Below the pieces are notes generated by a model. That model was not told the DNA's origin. It saw only the letters and a list, made by a program, of their open reading frames with translations, and did no database searches. A stretch of 64,000 nucleotides of DNA, taken from assembly GCA_016719635.1 (NCBI GenBank), contig JADJYT010000001.1, forward strand, positions 641,205-705,204. The letters run 5' to 3'. Every line of letters starts with the position of its first letter. Within the stretch, counting starts at the first letter, position 1. The stretch comes from Sphingobacteriales bacterium (GTDB lineage: Bacteria; Bacteroidota; Bacteroidia; Chitinophagales; JADIYW01). Position numbers and translations under genes: made by a program. This document shows positions 1-9,640 of this stretch, piece by piece.

Positions 1-313
1 CTTCTGTGCAGTCTGTTATGCTTCCCATAGTGCCTTCTATGCCCGCATTATTGAAAGCGTAATCCAGCCTGCCATAAGTGGATATGGTTTTATCAACCAT
101 TTCTTTTACATCCCCTATTTTTGAGACATCACATTTTACAAACAGGGCATCGGCACCGTCTGCCTTAATCAAATGTATTGTTTCATCATTTTCAACATAA
201 TCTCCAATTACCACCTTAGCTCCCCTTCTTGCAAAAGCGATAGCAGTAGCCCTGCCGATTCCAAAACTACCCCCTGTAACGATAGCAACTTTGCCTTCAA
301 ATATTTTTTCCAT
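1..313 (-). CDS. short-chain dehydrogenase/reductase (SDR), N-terminal part; the 3' end runs off the window
   Basis: Not in the ORF track because it is partial. Minus strand from ATG 313-311 reads MEKIFEGKVAIVTGGSFGIGRATAIAFARRGAKVVIGD..., a TGxxxGxG Rossmann motif. It starts 12 nt downstream of the ppsA stop on the same strand. Confidence 0.8.
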   Translation of the reverse strand, partial: MEKIFEGKVAIVTGGSFGIGRATAIAFARRGAKVVIGDYVENDETIHLIKADGADALFVKCDVSKIGDVKEMVDKTISTYGRLDYAFNNAGIEGTMGSITDCTE

Positions 314-324
314 ATCGTTGAATT

Positions 325-2748
325 TTATTGATTTAATTTACATTCCGCATTTACCATATTTTCCATTCCCTTTAATAAGGCATCCGGGTTAAAGGAAATG
401 CTGTCAATGCCTTGTTCCACCAAAAAAGCAGCAAATGATGGGTCGTCGCTCGGCGCCTGACCACACAAACCTATCTTCACCTTATTTTCTTTGGCTGCCT
501 TAATGACATTGGCAATCATCGCTTTAACCGCCTGATTGTTTTCATCAAACAAATCACTGATGATGGCAGAGTCTCTGTCCAGCCCTAATGTCAATTGCGT
601 TAAATCATTGGAACCTATAGAAAATCCGTCAAAAACCTGTGCAAATTCTTTGGCTAAGATGACATTACTAGGTATTTCAGCCATTACATAAATTTCCAAT
701 CCATTATCGCCGCGTTTCAATCCATTGTCTTCCATAAGCTGCACGACTTTCTTCCCTTCCTCCACTGTCCTGCAAAACGGAATCATCAGTTTTACATTCG
801 TCAGGCCCATATCTTCTCTCACTCTTTTCATGGCGGCACATTCCAACTCAAAACCCTCTTTATACCGAATGTTGTAATACCTGGATGCACCCCTGAATCC
901 TATCATCGGATTTTCTTCCTTGGGTTCAAATTGTAATCCGCCGAGCAGGTTAGCATATTCATTTGTTTTAAAATCGCTCATGCGGACAATGACAGCTTTC
1001 GGATAAAAAGCGGCTGCGATTGTTGCTACAGCCTGTGACAACTTATCGACGAAATACTGTTTTTTATCAGCATACCCATAAGTCAGAGCCTCTATCTCTG
1101 ATTTAGCCTTTTTATCTTCCAGTACATCAAATTTCACCAGTGCCATCGGATGCACTCTAATGGAACTGTTGATGATAAATTCGAGACGCATCAATCCGAC
1201 ACCTTTATTCGGATAAAAAGACAATCGAAAGGCTTTATCAGGGTCGCCTAAAATCAACATGGGTGCAGTCGCCGGCATTTGAATCGTATCGAAATCAATT
1301 TCTTTTTGCGACCATTCCAACTGTCCGTCATACACTTCTCCTGTTTTTCCGGTCGCACAACTCACGGTTACCAGTTGTCCGTCTTTAATAATTTTAGTTG
1401 CATTAACCGTACCTACGACAGCAACCGCTCCCACTTCACGGGCAACGATGGCGGCATGGCTGGTCCGTCCGCCCTTGTTCGTCACGATGGCTGCCGCCTT
1501 TTTGAGAATCGGATCCCAGTCGGGATTGGTGATATCGGTAATCAACACCTCGCCCTGCTGAAGTTTATCTGCATCTTTCGGTGAAAGCAGGATACGGGCA
1601 CGCCCGCTTGCAATACCGGAACCTACCGCACTGCCTTTCACCAAAACGGTACCCTTGTCTTTCAACGCATACTCGGTGATATGTCTTTGCTTCTTTAAGG
1701 AATGTACGGTCTCCGGCCTGGCCTGTACGATAAACAACTCGTTGGTTATGCCGTCTTTTGCCCATTCTATATCCATCGGGCATTTATAATGCTGTTCAAT
1801 AAGGACAGCCCAACGAGCGATGGTTTGTATTTCATCATCATTCAATACCCATTGTTTTCTTTTTTCCGAAGGCGTTTCGATATTAATGATGGTTGGGCCG
1901 ACGCCTTTGGAATCTGAATATACCATCGTATTCGCTTTAGCACCCATTTTTTTGGAAAGAATGGCCATTTTCCCGGATGCCAATGTGGGTTTAAACACAT
2001 AAAACTCATCGGGATTCACAGCTCCCTGAACGATATTTTCTCCCAGGCCCCAGCAGCCGGTAATCGAAATGACCTGTTCAAAACCGGATTCCGGATCAAT
2101 CGTAAAACAAACCCCGGCAGAAAATAAATCGGAACGAACCATTACCTGCACGCCAACGGACAAATAGACCTTCATGTGTTCAAATCCGTTATCGTGACGG
2201 TATTTGATGGCGCGGCTGTTGAAAAGAGAAGCAAAACATTGCTGTACGGCAAGGACGACATCCTCCTCTCCTTTTCTGTTTAAAAAGGAATCGTGCTGAC
2301 CGGCAAAACTGGCATTGGGCAAATCTTCTGCAGTGGCGCTGCTGCGCACGGCAACATCCAGTTCACGACCGTGCTTTTCACATAAGCCGCGGTAAAAGGC
2401 AATAATATCCGAACGCAATACATCCGGCATTTTTGCCTCTGATACAAGCTGCTTACATTTTGTGCCAATTTCATTCAGATTGGAAAATGAAACCGTATCC
2501 AGATTTTGGAGTAAATCATGAAGTGCTTTTTCCAACTGATTTTCTTTTAGGAAAAAACGGAATGCATCTGCCGTTGTGGCGAATCCATCCGGGATACGGA
2601 TACCCCTATCGCCCAACGTACTGAGCATTTCTCCCAGGGAGGCATTCTTACCACCAACAATTGCAATATCTTTATTATGAATTTCAGAAAAGGGAAGAAT
2701 AAATGGAGCGTACACGTTGGGTAACTTTAGTTTTACTAATTTACGCAA
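325..2748 (-). CDS. ppsA: phosphoenolpyruvate synthase (pyruvate, water dikinase)
   Basis: 807 aa. N-terminal VGGKNASLGEM, swivel-His motif GGRTSHAAIVAREVG, C-terminal PEP-utilising domain (GSNDLTQLTLGLDRD). The track start is TTG and an in-frame GVG-proximal GTG 11 codons later is also possible. Confidence 0.9.
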   Translation of the reverse strand: MRKLVKLKLPNVYAPFILPFSEIHNKDIAIVGGKNASLGEMLSTLGDRGIRIPDGFATTADAFRFFLKENQLEKALHDLLQNLDTVSFSNLNEIGTKCKQLVSEAKMPDVLRSDIIAFYRGLCEKHGRELDVAVRSSATAEDLPNASFAGQHDSFLNRKGEEDVVLAVQQCFASLFNSRAIKYRHDNGFEHMKVYLSVGVQVMVRSDLFSAGVCFTIDPESGFEQVISITGCWGLGENIVQGAVNPDEFYVFKPTLASGKMAILSKKMGAKANTMVYSDSKGVGPTIINIETPSEKRKQWVLNDDEIQTIARWAVLIEQHYKCPMDIEWAKDGITNELFIVQARPETVHSLKKQRHITEYALKDKGTVLVKGSAVGSGIASGRARILLSPKDADKLQQGEVLITDITNPDWDPILKKAAAIVTNKGGRTSHAAIVAREVGAVAVVGTVNATKIIKDGQLVTVSCATGKTGEVYDGQLEWSQKEIDFDTIQMPATAPMLILGDPDKAFRLSFYPNKGVGLMRLEFIINSSIRVHPMALVKFDVLEDKKAKSEIEALTYGYADKKQYFVDKLSQAVATIAAAFYPKAVIVRMSDFKTNEYANLLGGLQFEPKEENPMIGFRGASRYYNIRYKEGFELECAAMKRVREDMGLTNVKLMIPFCRTVEEGKKVVQLMEDNGLKRGDNGLEIYVMAEIPSNVILAKEFAQVFDGFSIGSNDLTQLTLGLDRDSAIISDLFDENNQAVKAMIANVIKAAKENKVKIGLCGQAPSDDPSFAAFLVEQGIDSISFNPDALLKGMENMVNAECKLNQ

Positions 2749-2799
2749 TTCTGTCCGTTATGGTATGAAGCGGATATTAATTATCAGGATTATACACTT

Positions 2800-4110
2800 C
2801 TATATAACTTCACCATATAAATCAAAATCAGTGACGTCGTAGATTTTCACCTTACAAAAGTCCCCAACGCGGCAATAATTCTTCTTCGCATCTACCAATA
2901 CTTCGTTATCCACTTCCGGCGAGTCAAATTCGGTTCTTCCTACAAAATAGCCCCCTTCCTTTCTGTCAATTAAGACCTTAAAAACCTGACCGGCTTTAGC
3001 CTCATTTTTTTGAAAGGAAATCTCCTGCTGGATTTGCATCAGCCTTCCGGCACGTTCTTCCTTTATCTCCTGCGGGACATCGTCTTCCAAATTGTAGGCA
3101 GCTGTATCATCTTCATGTGAATACTGGAATACACCCAAACGTTCAAACTGCATTTCCTGAACGAAATCACACAAATCCTGAAATTCTTTCTCTGTCTCGC
3201 CTGGAAATCCAACCAGCATGGTGGTGCGGATGGCAATGCCCGGAATTTTTGCACGAATCTGCCGTATCAGTTCCCTGGTTTCTTTCTGTGTAATCTGTCG
3301 TTGCATGCGTTTCAGTACATATTTATTTGCATGCTGCAGCGGAATATCCAGGTATTTGCAGACCTTGTCACAATCTCGGATAGCATCCAGGACATCCAAC
3401 GGGAATTTACTCGGATATGCATAGTGCAGACGAATCCACTCGATACCTTCCACCTCATTGAGTTGATACAGCAATTTCGCCAATGCACGTTCTTTATAAA
3501 TATCCAGCCCGTAATAGGTCAGCTCCTGAGCAATCAGCATGATTTCCTTAACGCCTTGTCTGGCGAGATTCTTCGCTTCCGCCACTACATCATCTATCGT
3601 TTTGGAAATATGTTTGCCACGCATCAAAGGGATGGCGCAGAACGTGCAGGTCCTGTTGCAACCTTCGGATATTTTCAGATAAGCATAATGCTGTGGTGTT
3701 GTCAGGAATCGTTCACCAATCAGTTCATGCTTATAATCGGCATTTAATTTTTCCAGCAACTGAGGCAATTCCAGTGTGCCGAAATAGGCATCCACCTGCG
3801 GAATCTCCACCTCCAAGTCATCTCTATAACGCTGTGACAAACAACCCGTCACATATAATTTATCAATTTTGCCCTTTTCTTTTTGTTTGGCATAAGACAA
3901 AATCGTATTGATGGACTCTTCCTTGGCTCTGTCGATAAATCCGCAGGTATTTACTATGATGATGTTGGCATCCTTCTTTTCAGACTGATGCTCCACTTCA
4001 AAATCATTGTGTTTGAGCTGAGCCACCAATACTTCCGAATCGACCAGGTTTTTGGAGCAGCCCAGTGTAATGACGTTGTATTTATCTTTTGTATGGGATT
4101 TTGTCTTCAT
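2800..4110 (-). CDS. rimO: ribosomal protein S12 methylthiotransferase RimO (radical SAM MTTase)
   Basis: MTTase N-domain (NVITLGCSKNLVDSE), radical-SAM CNRTCTFC, C-terminal TRAM. The size of about 435 aa is typical of RimO. I prefer ATG at 4110 (MKTKSH...) over the GTG at 4119 used by the track. Confidence 0.85.
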   Translation of the reverse strand: MKTKSHTKDKYNVITLGCSKNLVDSEVLVAQLKHNDFEVEHQSEKKDANIIIVNTCGFIDRAKEESINTILSYAKQKEKGKIDKLYVTGCLSQRYRDDLEVEIPQVDAYFGTLELPQLLEKLNADYKHELIGERFLTTPQHYAYLKISEGCNRTCTFCAIPLMRGKHISKTIDDVVAEAKNLARQGVKEIMLIAQELTYYGLDIYKERALAKLLYQLNEVEGIEWIRLHYAYPSKFPLDVLDAIRDCDKVCKYLDIPLQHANKYVLKRMQRQITQKETRELIRQIRAKIPGIAIRTTMLVGFPGETEKEFQDLCDFVQEMQFERLGVFQYSHEDDTAAYNLEDDVPQEIKEERAGRLMQIQQEISFQKNEAKAGQVFKVLIDRKEGGYFVGRTEFDSPEVDNEVLVDAKKNYCRVGDFCKVKIYDVTDFDLYGEVI

Positions 4111-4177
4111 GAACGGCACAAAGGTAACTAGAATAAAGTAAACTGTTCGTCATCTGTACATTAATACACTTTAAATC

Positions 4178-4428
4178 CTATTCGGTAAAGGCATATGGCA
4201 GTTATCTCGTTCCTCCATAACCTGAGGTGCCAATTTGACACCACAAGTTATCAAACTATTCCTTTGTAAATTGAAACATAAAATCATTAAGAAAGCTGTC
4301 AATATTTCTGGTAACTGCCCTTTTTAAATTTTTAGTTTCAGTTTCGTATAGTGCAGCCAAATCATAATCCAACATAACTTTTACTCCCTAATGGTGTGGA
4401 TTCTGCTATTAATGAGTTCTGATTCCAT
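4178..4428 (-). pseudogene. decayed ORF6N-family (KilA-N-like DNA-binding, phage/mobile-element associated) gene
   Basis: Minus strand reads [15 protein letters not shown], then a frameshift, then [65 protein letters not shown]. There are three in-frame stops (4256-58, 4202-04, 4178-80) and the C-terminal third is missing. Confidence 0.6.
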
Positions 4429-4514
4429 TTGTATCATTCACTATTGAGATACAATAGAGCTACAAATTCCATAATTTTTTTTAAGAAACTGAGTTGCAAT
4501 TTTTCACTACAAAT

Positions 4515-5492
4515 TTACTCAAACAAGGTCTCAATAAATGCCTGACGGTTGAACACCTGGAGTTGTTCCATTTTCTCGCCTAAGCCAATATATTTGATGG
4601 GGATCTTAAATTCATCGGCAATACTTAATACAACTCCGCCTTTAGCAGTGCCGTCTAATTTTGTTAGAGCCAAAGCCGTGACCTGAGTGGCGGCAGAAAA
4701 ATGCTTTGCCTGTTCAATGGCGTTTTGACCTGTGGAAGCATCTAATACCAATAAAACCTCATGCGGAGCATCCGGTATGACCTTTGACATTACCTTTTTA
4801 ATCTTGGATAATTCGTCCATCAGTCCCTGCTTATTATGCAAACGACCCGCCGTATCCAGTATGATTACATCCACTCCCTTCGCTACGCCGGATTGCACGG
4901 TATCAAAAGCCACGGCAGCCGGGTCGCTTCCCATACTTTGTTTTACAATCTGAACACCTACCCGCTCGCTCCAGATGACAAGTTGATCCACGGCAGCTGC
5001 TCTAAAGGTATCTCCTGCGCCCAGCAAAACCTCCTTGCCTGCCTTTTTCAACTGATAGGATAATTTTCCGATGGTGGTGGTTTTACCTACTCCGTTAACA
5101 CCAACAACCATAATTACGTATGGTTTTTTATCCGTCGCAGGGATAAAGTCCATTAAGTCCTTTGTATTGTTTTCTGCAAGGATATTGCCTATCTCGTCTT
5201 TCAGGATTTGATTTAATTCATTCGTGTTCAAATATTTATCCTTGGACACGCGCGCTTCCAGACGATCGATGATTTTTATGGTGGTCGGTAAACCGACATC
5301 CGATGAAATCAGAATTTCCTCCAGTTCATCCAGGAAGGCTTCATCTACCGTCGATTTACCGGCAACAGCTTTGGTAATTTTGGAAAAAAATCCCTGTTTG
5401 GTTTTCTCCAAACCTTCATTCAGCTGCTTTTCTTCCGCCTGTAATTCCTCTTCCGGTTTAGAGTTGCCAAAAATTTTATCAAAAATACCCAC
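4515..5492 (-). CDS. ftsY: signal recognition particle receptor FtsY
   Basis: 325 aa. SRP54-type GTPase with GVNGVGKTTTIGKL (G1), DTAGR (G3), TKLDGTAKGG (G4/G5). GTG start (MGIFDKIFG). Confidence 0.9.
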   Translation of the reverse strand: MGIFDKIFGNSKPEEELQAEEKQLNEGLEKTKQGFFSKITKAVAGKSTVDEAFLDELEEILISSDVGLPTTIKIIDRLEARVSKDKYLNTNELNQILKDEIGNILAENNTKDLMDFIPATDKKPYVIMVVGVNGVGKTTTIGKLSYQLKKAGKEVLLGAGDTFRAAAVDQLVIWSERVGVQIVKQSMGSDPAAVAFDTVQSGVAKGVDVIILDTAGRLHNKQGLMDELSKIKKVMSKVIPDAPHEVLLVLDASTGQNAIEQAKHFSAATQVTALALTKLDGTAKGGVVLSIADEFKIPIKYIGLGEKMEQLQVFNRQAFIETLFE

Positions 5493-5558
5493 GGTAATAG
5501 ATTATTGTGATTGTTAAGTGTTATCCCTTCATTTTATAACAAGCAGACAAATATAAAC

Positions 5559-5587
5559 AAAAAAGCCTCTCATTCAGGAGAAGCTTT
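5559..5587 (-). terminator. putative Rho-independent terminator of the rpmB-rpmG-DUF4295 operon
   Basis: The minus-strand RNA AAGCUUCUC-CUGAAU-GAGAGGCUU forms a 9-bp stem with one G-U pair, followed by UUUUUG. It lies 22 nt after the DUF4295 stop. Confidence 0.5.
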
Positions 5588-5608
5588 GTAAATCGGCTTA
5601 TAATCAGA

Positions 5609-5779
5609 TTATAAATCTTTTAAAGTTTGCTGCAGTAAATCTTTGTGAACCACTTTCTCTCTGAAAGTATAAGCACCTGATTTTGTTGACTTAACGGCTT
5701 TAATGATTTTCACCATATTCTTGGATTCACCCACATTTTTACCTCTGTCAACTTTCGCGTTTTTGGATACTTTTGCCAT
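5609..5779 (-). CDS. small basic protein, DUF4295-like (third gene of the Bacteroidota rpmB-rpmG operon)
   Basis: 56 aa, below the ORF-track cutoff: MAKVSKNAKVDRGKNVGESKNMVKIIKAVKSTKSGAYTFREKVVHKDLLQQTLKDL. ATG 5779, TAA 5609-11. It starts 6 nt after the rpmG stop. Confidence 0.7.
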   Translation of the reverse strand: MAKVSKNAKVDRGKNVGESKNMVKIIKAVKSTKSGAYTFREKVVHKDLLQQTLKDL

Positions 5780-5785
5780 GACTTA

Positions 5786-5971
5786 TTATTTTATTTCTTT
5801 ATGAACAGTTACTTTTTTCATAATCGGATTGAATTTCTTCAACTCGATTCTTTCCGGTGTATTCTTTCTGTTTTTGGTCGTGATATAACGGGAAATTCCG
5901 CCTAACCCGGAAGTCTTATGTTCAGTACATTCTAATATGACCTGAATTCTATTGCCTTTCTTCTTTGCCAT
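5786..5971 (-). CDS. rpmG: 50S ribosomal protein L33
   Basis: 61 aa [22 protein letters not shown]...[19 protein letters not shown], the typical L33 sequence. Confidence 0.95.
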   Translation of the reverse strand: MAKKKGNRIQVILECTEHKTSGLGGISRYITTKNRKNTPERIELKKFNPIMKKVTVHKEIK

Positions 5972-5982
5972 TGTTTAATAAT

Positions 5983-6228
5983 TTAGAATCCTAATTGAAT
6001 TTCGCCTTTTTTCTCTAATTCTTTCAGGTATGAATAAATGCCTTTCTTGTTGATGGTGCGAATCGCGGAAGTTGACACTTTCAACTCTATCCATCTGTCT
6101 ACTTCAGGGATAAAAAAAGTCTTTTTCTGTAAATTAGGATAAAATTTTCTCTTCGTCTTGATGTTAGAGTGAGAAACACTGTTACCTGTCATTGGACCTT
6201 TACCTGATAAATCACAAAACCTTGCCAT
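5983..6228 (-). CDS. rpmB: 50S ribosomal protein L28
   Basis: [34 protein letters not shown]... The true ATG is at 6228. The track ORF (to 6279) adds a 17-aa spurious extension. Confidence 0.9.
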   Translation of the reverse strand: MARFCDLSGKGPMTGNSVSHSNIKTKRKFYPNLQKKTFFIPEVDRWIELKVSTSAIRTINKKGIYSYLKELEKKGEIQLGF

Positions 6229-6249
6229 ATTTTTATATTTAAAGAGGTG

Positions 6250-6280
6250 CAAATATCGGAAATAAATCCGATAAATCAAA
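6250..6280 (-). promoter_or_regulatory. candidate Bacteroidota sigma-A promoter for rpmB
   Basis: Minus strand has TTTG (6280-6277), a 19-nt spacer, then GATATTTG (6257-6250, one mismatch to TAnnTTTG). It ends 21 nt upstream of the rpmB ATG. Confidence 0.3.
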
Positions 6281-6316
6281 ACACCTTGTTCACAAATGTT
6301 TATTCTTCAAGAAATG

Positions 6317-6390
6317 TGAACCTGAAGGGAGTCGAACCCCTAACCTTCTCATCCGTAGTGAGATGCTCTATCCAGTTAAGCTACAGGTCC
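6317..6390 (-). tRNA. tRNA-Arg (anticodon ACG)
   Basis: 74 nt GGACCTGTAGCTTAACTGGATAGAGCATCTCACTACGGATGAGAAGGTTAGGGGTTCGACTCCCTTCAGGTTCA. 7-bp acceptor stem, GTTCGACTC T-loop, anticodon loop CTACGGA. No encoded CCA. Confidence 0.9.
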
Positions 6391-6405
6391 AATAAATTTG
6401 GAGTG

Positions 6406-6413
6406 CAAAGATA
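6406..6413 (-). promoter_or_regulatory. candidate -7 box for the tRNA-Arg gene
   Basis: Minus strand TATCTTTG matches TAnnTTTG. It lies 15 nt upstream of the mature tRNA 5' end. No clear -33 TTG. Confidence 0.3.
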
Positions 6414-6511
6414 ATACTAAATCTGAAGATTAAAAAAGGCTGGAATTTGAAAATGATGTTATGATAATGTATGTTTTTATTAAAGCCATACATATCTGGA
6501 AATCATTCTAA

Positions 6512-7165
6512 CTAGTTAATTATCAGGCCATCTTTCATCATCAGTTTCTTATCAGCCTTGGCTGCCAGCAAATCGTTGTGCGTCACGATGACGAAGGTTT
6601 GGTTAAACTCCTTCTTTAAATCGAAGAATAACTGATGCAGTTCCTCGCTTCTTTCTGTATCCAGGTTGCCTGTTGGTTCATCCGCAAGGATGACCAAAGG
6701 CTTATTCATCAGAGCCCTTGCAACGGAAACCCTCTGCTGCTCTCCGCCGGATAACTCGTTCGGCTTGTGCTGCATTCTGTCTTTTAACCCCAAAAAATCC
6801 AGCAAGTCTTCAGCTCTTCTTTTTGCCTCAGACTCGTTCATTTTAGCAATAAAGGCAGGAATACAGACATTTTCCAGAGCCGAAAACTCCGGCAACAGAT
6901 GATGAAACTGAAACACAAACCCCAGATACTTATTCCTGAAATCAGACAATGCCGCATCTTTTAAAGCTGCAATATCCTGCCCGTTAATCGTGACGGTTCC
7001 TTTATCTGCCTTGTCTAAAGTACCGATAATATGAAGCAATGTTGATTTTCCGGCACCGGAAGGCCCTACTATACACACCAGCTCCCCTTTCACAATATCC
7101 AGCGAAACACCTTTCAAAACATGAAGCTGATCGTACGATTTATAGATATTTTGACAGGAAATCAC
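6512..7165 (-). CDS. ABC transporter ATP-binding protein, LolD/MacB/FtsE type
   Basis: 217 aa. Walker [10 protein letters not shown], signature [15 protein letters not shown], Walker [16 protein letters not shown] start. Confidence 0.85.
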   Translation of the reverse strand: MISCQNIYKSYDQLHVLKGVSLDIVKGELVCIVGPSGAGKSTLLHIIGTLDKADKGTVTINGQDIAALKDAALSDFRNKYLGFVFQFHHLLPEFSALENVCIPAFIAKMNESEAKRRAEDLLDFLGLKDRMQHKPNELSGGEQQRVSVARALMNKPLVILADEPTGNLDTERSEELHQLFFDLKKEFNQTFVIVTHNDLLAAKADKKLMMKDGLIIN

Positions 7166-7190
7166 CGGTTATTACTATCGTGATGAAGGT

Positions 7191-8291
7191 TCAAAGGTTA
7201 CAATTGGTGCAAAACACCCATGCGCGCTGGTTGATATCGGCTTTAATCTTGGGAAGTGAAAGCTGTACCTGTTCATTGTCCAATTCTACACTCACCCTAT
7301 AAATCAGATTATCATAATCTGTAGAAATAACCGTATGGTAGCCTTTTGTTTCCGCCTGCTCTTTCATTCTTCTTGCATGTGTTTCATCAAAAAAAGCACC
7401 GACCACCACATAAGCTTTAGTGGTAGTTAAGATTATCTTTTCCGAAAGAGCAATAGTGGGTGACGCCTCCTCTTTAGCAGTCGCAACGACAGCGGCATTT
7501 GCCGGTATCTGCTCTGGCAACGGAATCTGTAGCGCTTCATTTAGTGCTGTTTCCGGCTCCGTTATCTCCGGTTCACTTACCGGTGTTACAACACGTTTCT
7601 GTTCAATTACAGGAGCTAAAGACGATTGGCTTTGATATTGACTGCCTTTATGAATATTCCATCCTAAGGAAGATACCAGGAAAGTTATGGCGATAACGGC
7701 CGTCAACCAATAAGAGATATATAATTCCTTTCGGGGTTGAACGGCATCTCCCATTTTTTCGGGGTTCATGATGCGTTGATAGTTTTCCTGAATCGCCACT
7801 TCCGCATCTTTTAATCGTTGTACCGGCTGAATGGATAAGCTTTCCAATGCAAAACTATCCAACAGATAGTTTTTGGTGAGAAAAGGCTGAAACTGGATAG
7901 TTAGATTTTCATCTAAAAACAATTTTCCTATATCTTTTAAGAGCAGGCTCTTATTCTGTTCCAGTATCACAGAACATTCTTTGCTAAAAGCCATTACCCT
8001 GGCTTCCGCTTCATTGTAGGGCAATGCATAATGGCTTGCGGCGGCATTTGTCAGTAATCCGTCATTCACCACTAACATTCTGTTGAATGCTAAATCTTTA
8101 TTCGGAGGATAGATTTTTTGCTCATATAAACGCAGTTCAGCCGGATGATAATTCCCGATGAAAGCCCCAAATCCGGGGATTATGACACAATTGTGAGATA
8201 ATAATAACTCCTGTATTAACTCTACCATATAGGCAAAGCTACTATTTTTTTCTGTTTTTTCAGGATAAAAATGGACATCCCGGGCTTCCAT
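7191..8291 (-). CDS. HU-like (HU-CCDC81 type) N-domain plus C-terminal SPOR-domain protein with one TM helix
   Basis: LIQELLLSHNCVIIPGFGAFIGNY at the N-terminus, a TM segment (YWLTAVIAITFLVSSLGW), and a C-terminal SPOR-like AYVVVGAFFDETHARRMKEQAETKGY. The start could be the internal ATG at 8228 (MVELIQ). Confidence 0.7.
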   Translation of the reverse strand: MEARDVHFYPEKTEKNSSFAYMVELIQELLLSHNCVIIPGFGAFIGNYHPAELRLYEQKIYPPNKDLAFNRMLVVNDGLLTNAAASHYALPYNEAEARVMAFSKECSVILEQNKSLLLKDIGKLFLDENLTIQFQPFLTKNYLLDSFALESLSIQPVQRLKDAEVAIQENYQRIMNPEKMGDAVQPRKELYISYWLTAVIAITFLVSSLGWNIHKGSQYQSQSSLAPVIEQKRVVTPVSEPEITEPETALNEALQIPLPEQIPANAAVVATAKEEASPTIALSEKIILTTTKAYVVVGAFFDETHARRMKEQAETKGYHTVISTDYDNLIYRVSVELDNEQVQLSLPKIKADINQRAWVFCTNCNL

Positions 8292-8305
8292 CAGCTTGCT
8301 ATGTA

Positions 8306-9640
8306 TCAGAAAGCGAGTTTCACACCTCCAATAACCTGAAACTGGTATGTGGGATATTTATAAAACCGCGGCCATTTTTGGAATCCGAGATTATTGACGT
8401 CCACAAAAACCCCAATATTTTTGGTGATAAAATAATTTGCTGACAAGTTCACGTCTATCAGTCCTTTCAGCGGATGAATGGTAGTTGTTGTCAATGGAGG
8501 AAATTCATTCGTGTTGACCTGAACTCCATTCACGTTGCTTTGTCCTGAAATATCCATGTTTACGTACAACTTGTCTTTCCAGTTATAGAAGGCTGAAAAT
8601 CCGTATTTAAACCTGGGTATGTAAGACAATTCTATTGCCGTGTTCTTATTATAGATAAAATAATCAAACCAGGCTTTAGCGCCAAACTGATTGCCTTTGT
8701 TGTAGGAAATGCCAACATGCGGATTCCAGGCACTCAGGCTGGCAACACTTTGTACGTCCATTGCCATATTTTCACCGGTGGAGAACAAGGTCGTATTGAC
8801 AAACTGAGCGTTCATTCTCGATCGTAAATGGCTGAAACGGAAATCGTAACCAAAGCCTTTGATACTGCCCCGCAAACCGATGATGGTTCGTGTTTCATCT
8901 ATCGAGTTGCTGTAATTGGCCGTAACGATGAAGGGATTTTCCAGTGACAGATTATACATGCTGTTTATCTTTATCTGTGTTTTCCACTCATTATACATGA
9001 CCAGGTAATCTTTATAAATCTGCAGTTGACTGATGATTTCAGGCAACACATAAAACCTTCTGTTGGTACTGAAAATATTAGGGCCGGCGGTCAACTGCCA
9101 TATTTTGAATTTAATTCTGGCATACGGGATGGCCTGAAAGGTAAAATGGTTCTGGTTGCCCAGGAAAATTGAATCATCCTTATACGACACATTGGTTAGG
9201 TTGATTTTGCCGCCAACCGTATAATTTGACTTAATCGTATAGCCGCCATCTGCATTCACATTAATGGTGAATTCTTTCGGAGCGTGAAAAACATTTCTAT
9301 TTTTTACGGTATTGAAATTCAACTCCCCGCCGTAATAGTAGGCGGCATCTTCAATTCCCCTTAATTTAACGGAACCGCCGAAGCGATTGTAGTTTGTTTT
9401 CAAAGAATCTTTAGAGAATACCATATCGGAATATCCATAAAAGTTATGCTGATTCAAGCGGTAAAAGAAATCACCGCCGATGGATGCCTTCTTCTTTATA
9501 AAATACTCTCCGAATCCTTTTATCTTCAGGTCGGTATAGTTCTGGAATTTGGTCTTATTGTGTATCGTCATCATAAAATCCACGTCCAGTCCTGCCCGGT
9601 AATTATTTTGAATGGGGTTGGTAAGAATCAATTTCAACAA
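8306..9640 (-). CDS. outer-membrane beta-barrel-like protein, C-terminal 444 aa of an apparently frameshifted gene
   Basis: Alternating aromatic/hydrophilic beta-strand pattern ending ...FQVIGGVKLAF (C-terminal Phe). No signal peptide. The track start is TTG. The reading frame stays open upstream to about 9815. Confidence 0.55.
   Translation of the reverse strand: MLKLILTNPIQNNYRAGLDVDFMMTIHNKTKFQNYTDLKIKGFGEYFIKKKASIGGDFFYRLNQHNFYGYSDMVFSKDSLKTNYNRFGGSVKLRGIEDAAYYYGGELNFNTVKNRNVFHAPKEFTINVNADGGYTIKSNYTVGGKINLTNVSYKDDSIFLGNQNHFTFQAIPYARIKFKIWQLTAGPNIFSTNRRFYVLPEIISQLQIYKDYLVMYNEWKTQIKINSMYNLSLENPFIVTANYSNSIDETRTIIGLRGSIKGFGYDFRFSHLRSRMNAQFVNTTLFSTGENMAMDVQSVASLSAWNPHVGISYNKGNQFGAKAWFDYFIYNKNTAIELSYIPRFKYGFSAFYNWKDKLYVNMDISGQSNVNGVQVNTNEFPPLTTTTIHPLKGLIDVNLSANYFITKNIGVFVDVNNLGFQKWPRFYKYPTYQFQVIGGVKLAF

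Noticed and set aside
3301-3747. Long antisense ORFs inside rimO (3301..3747), folP (29492..29893), argH (52095..52496), the carboxylase beta gene (59226..59648) and the alpha gene (61519..61941)
   Set aside because: All lie opposite confidently identified conserved genes and show shadow-frame composition.
6393-6400. Plus-strand TAAATTTG (-7 consensus) next to the tRNA gene
   Set aside because: It would fire antisense into the lolD-like gene with no plus-strand gene downstream. It is probably a chance AT-rich match.
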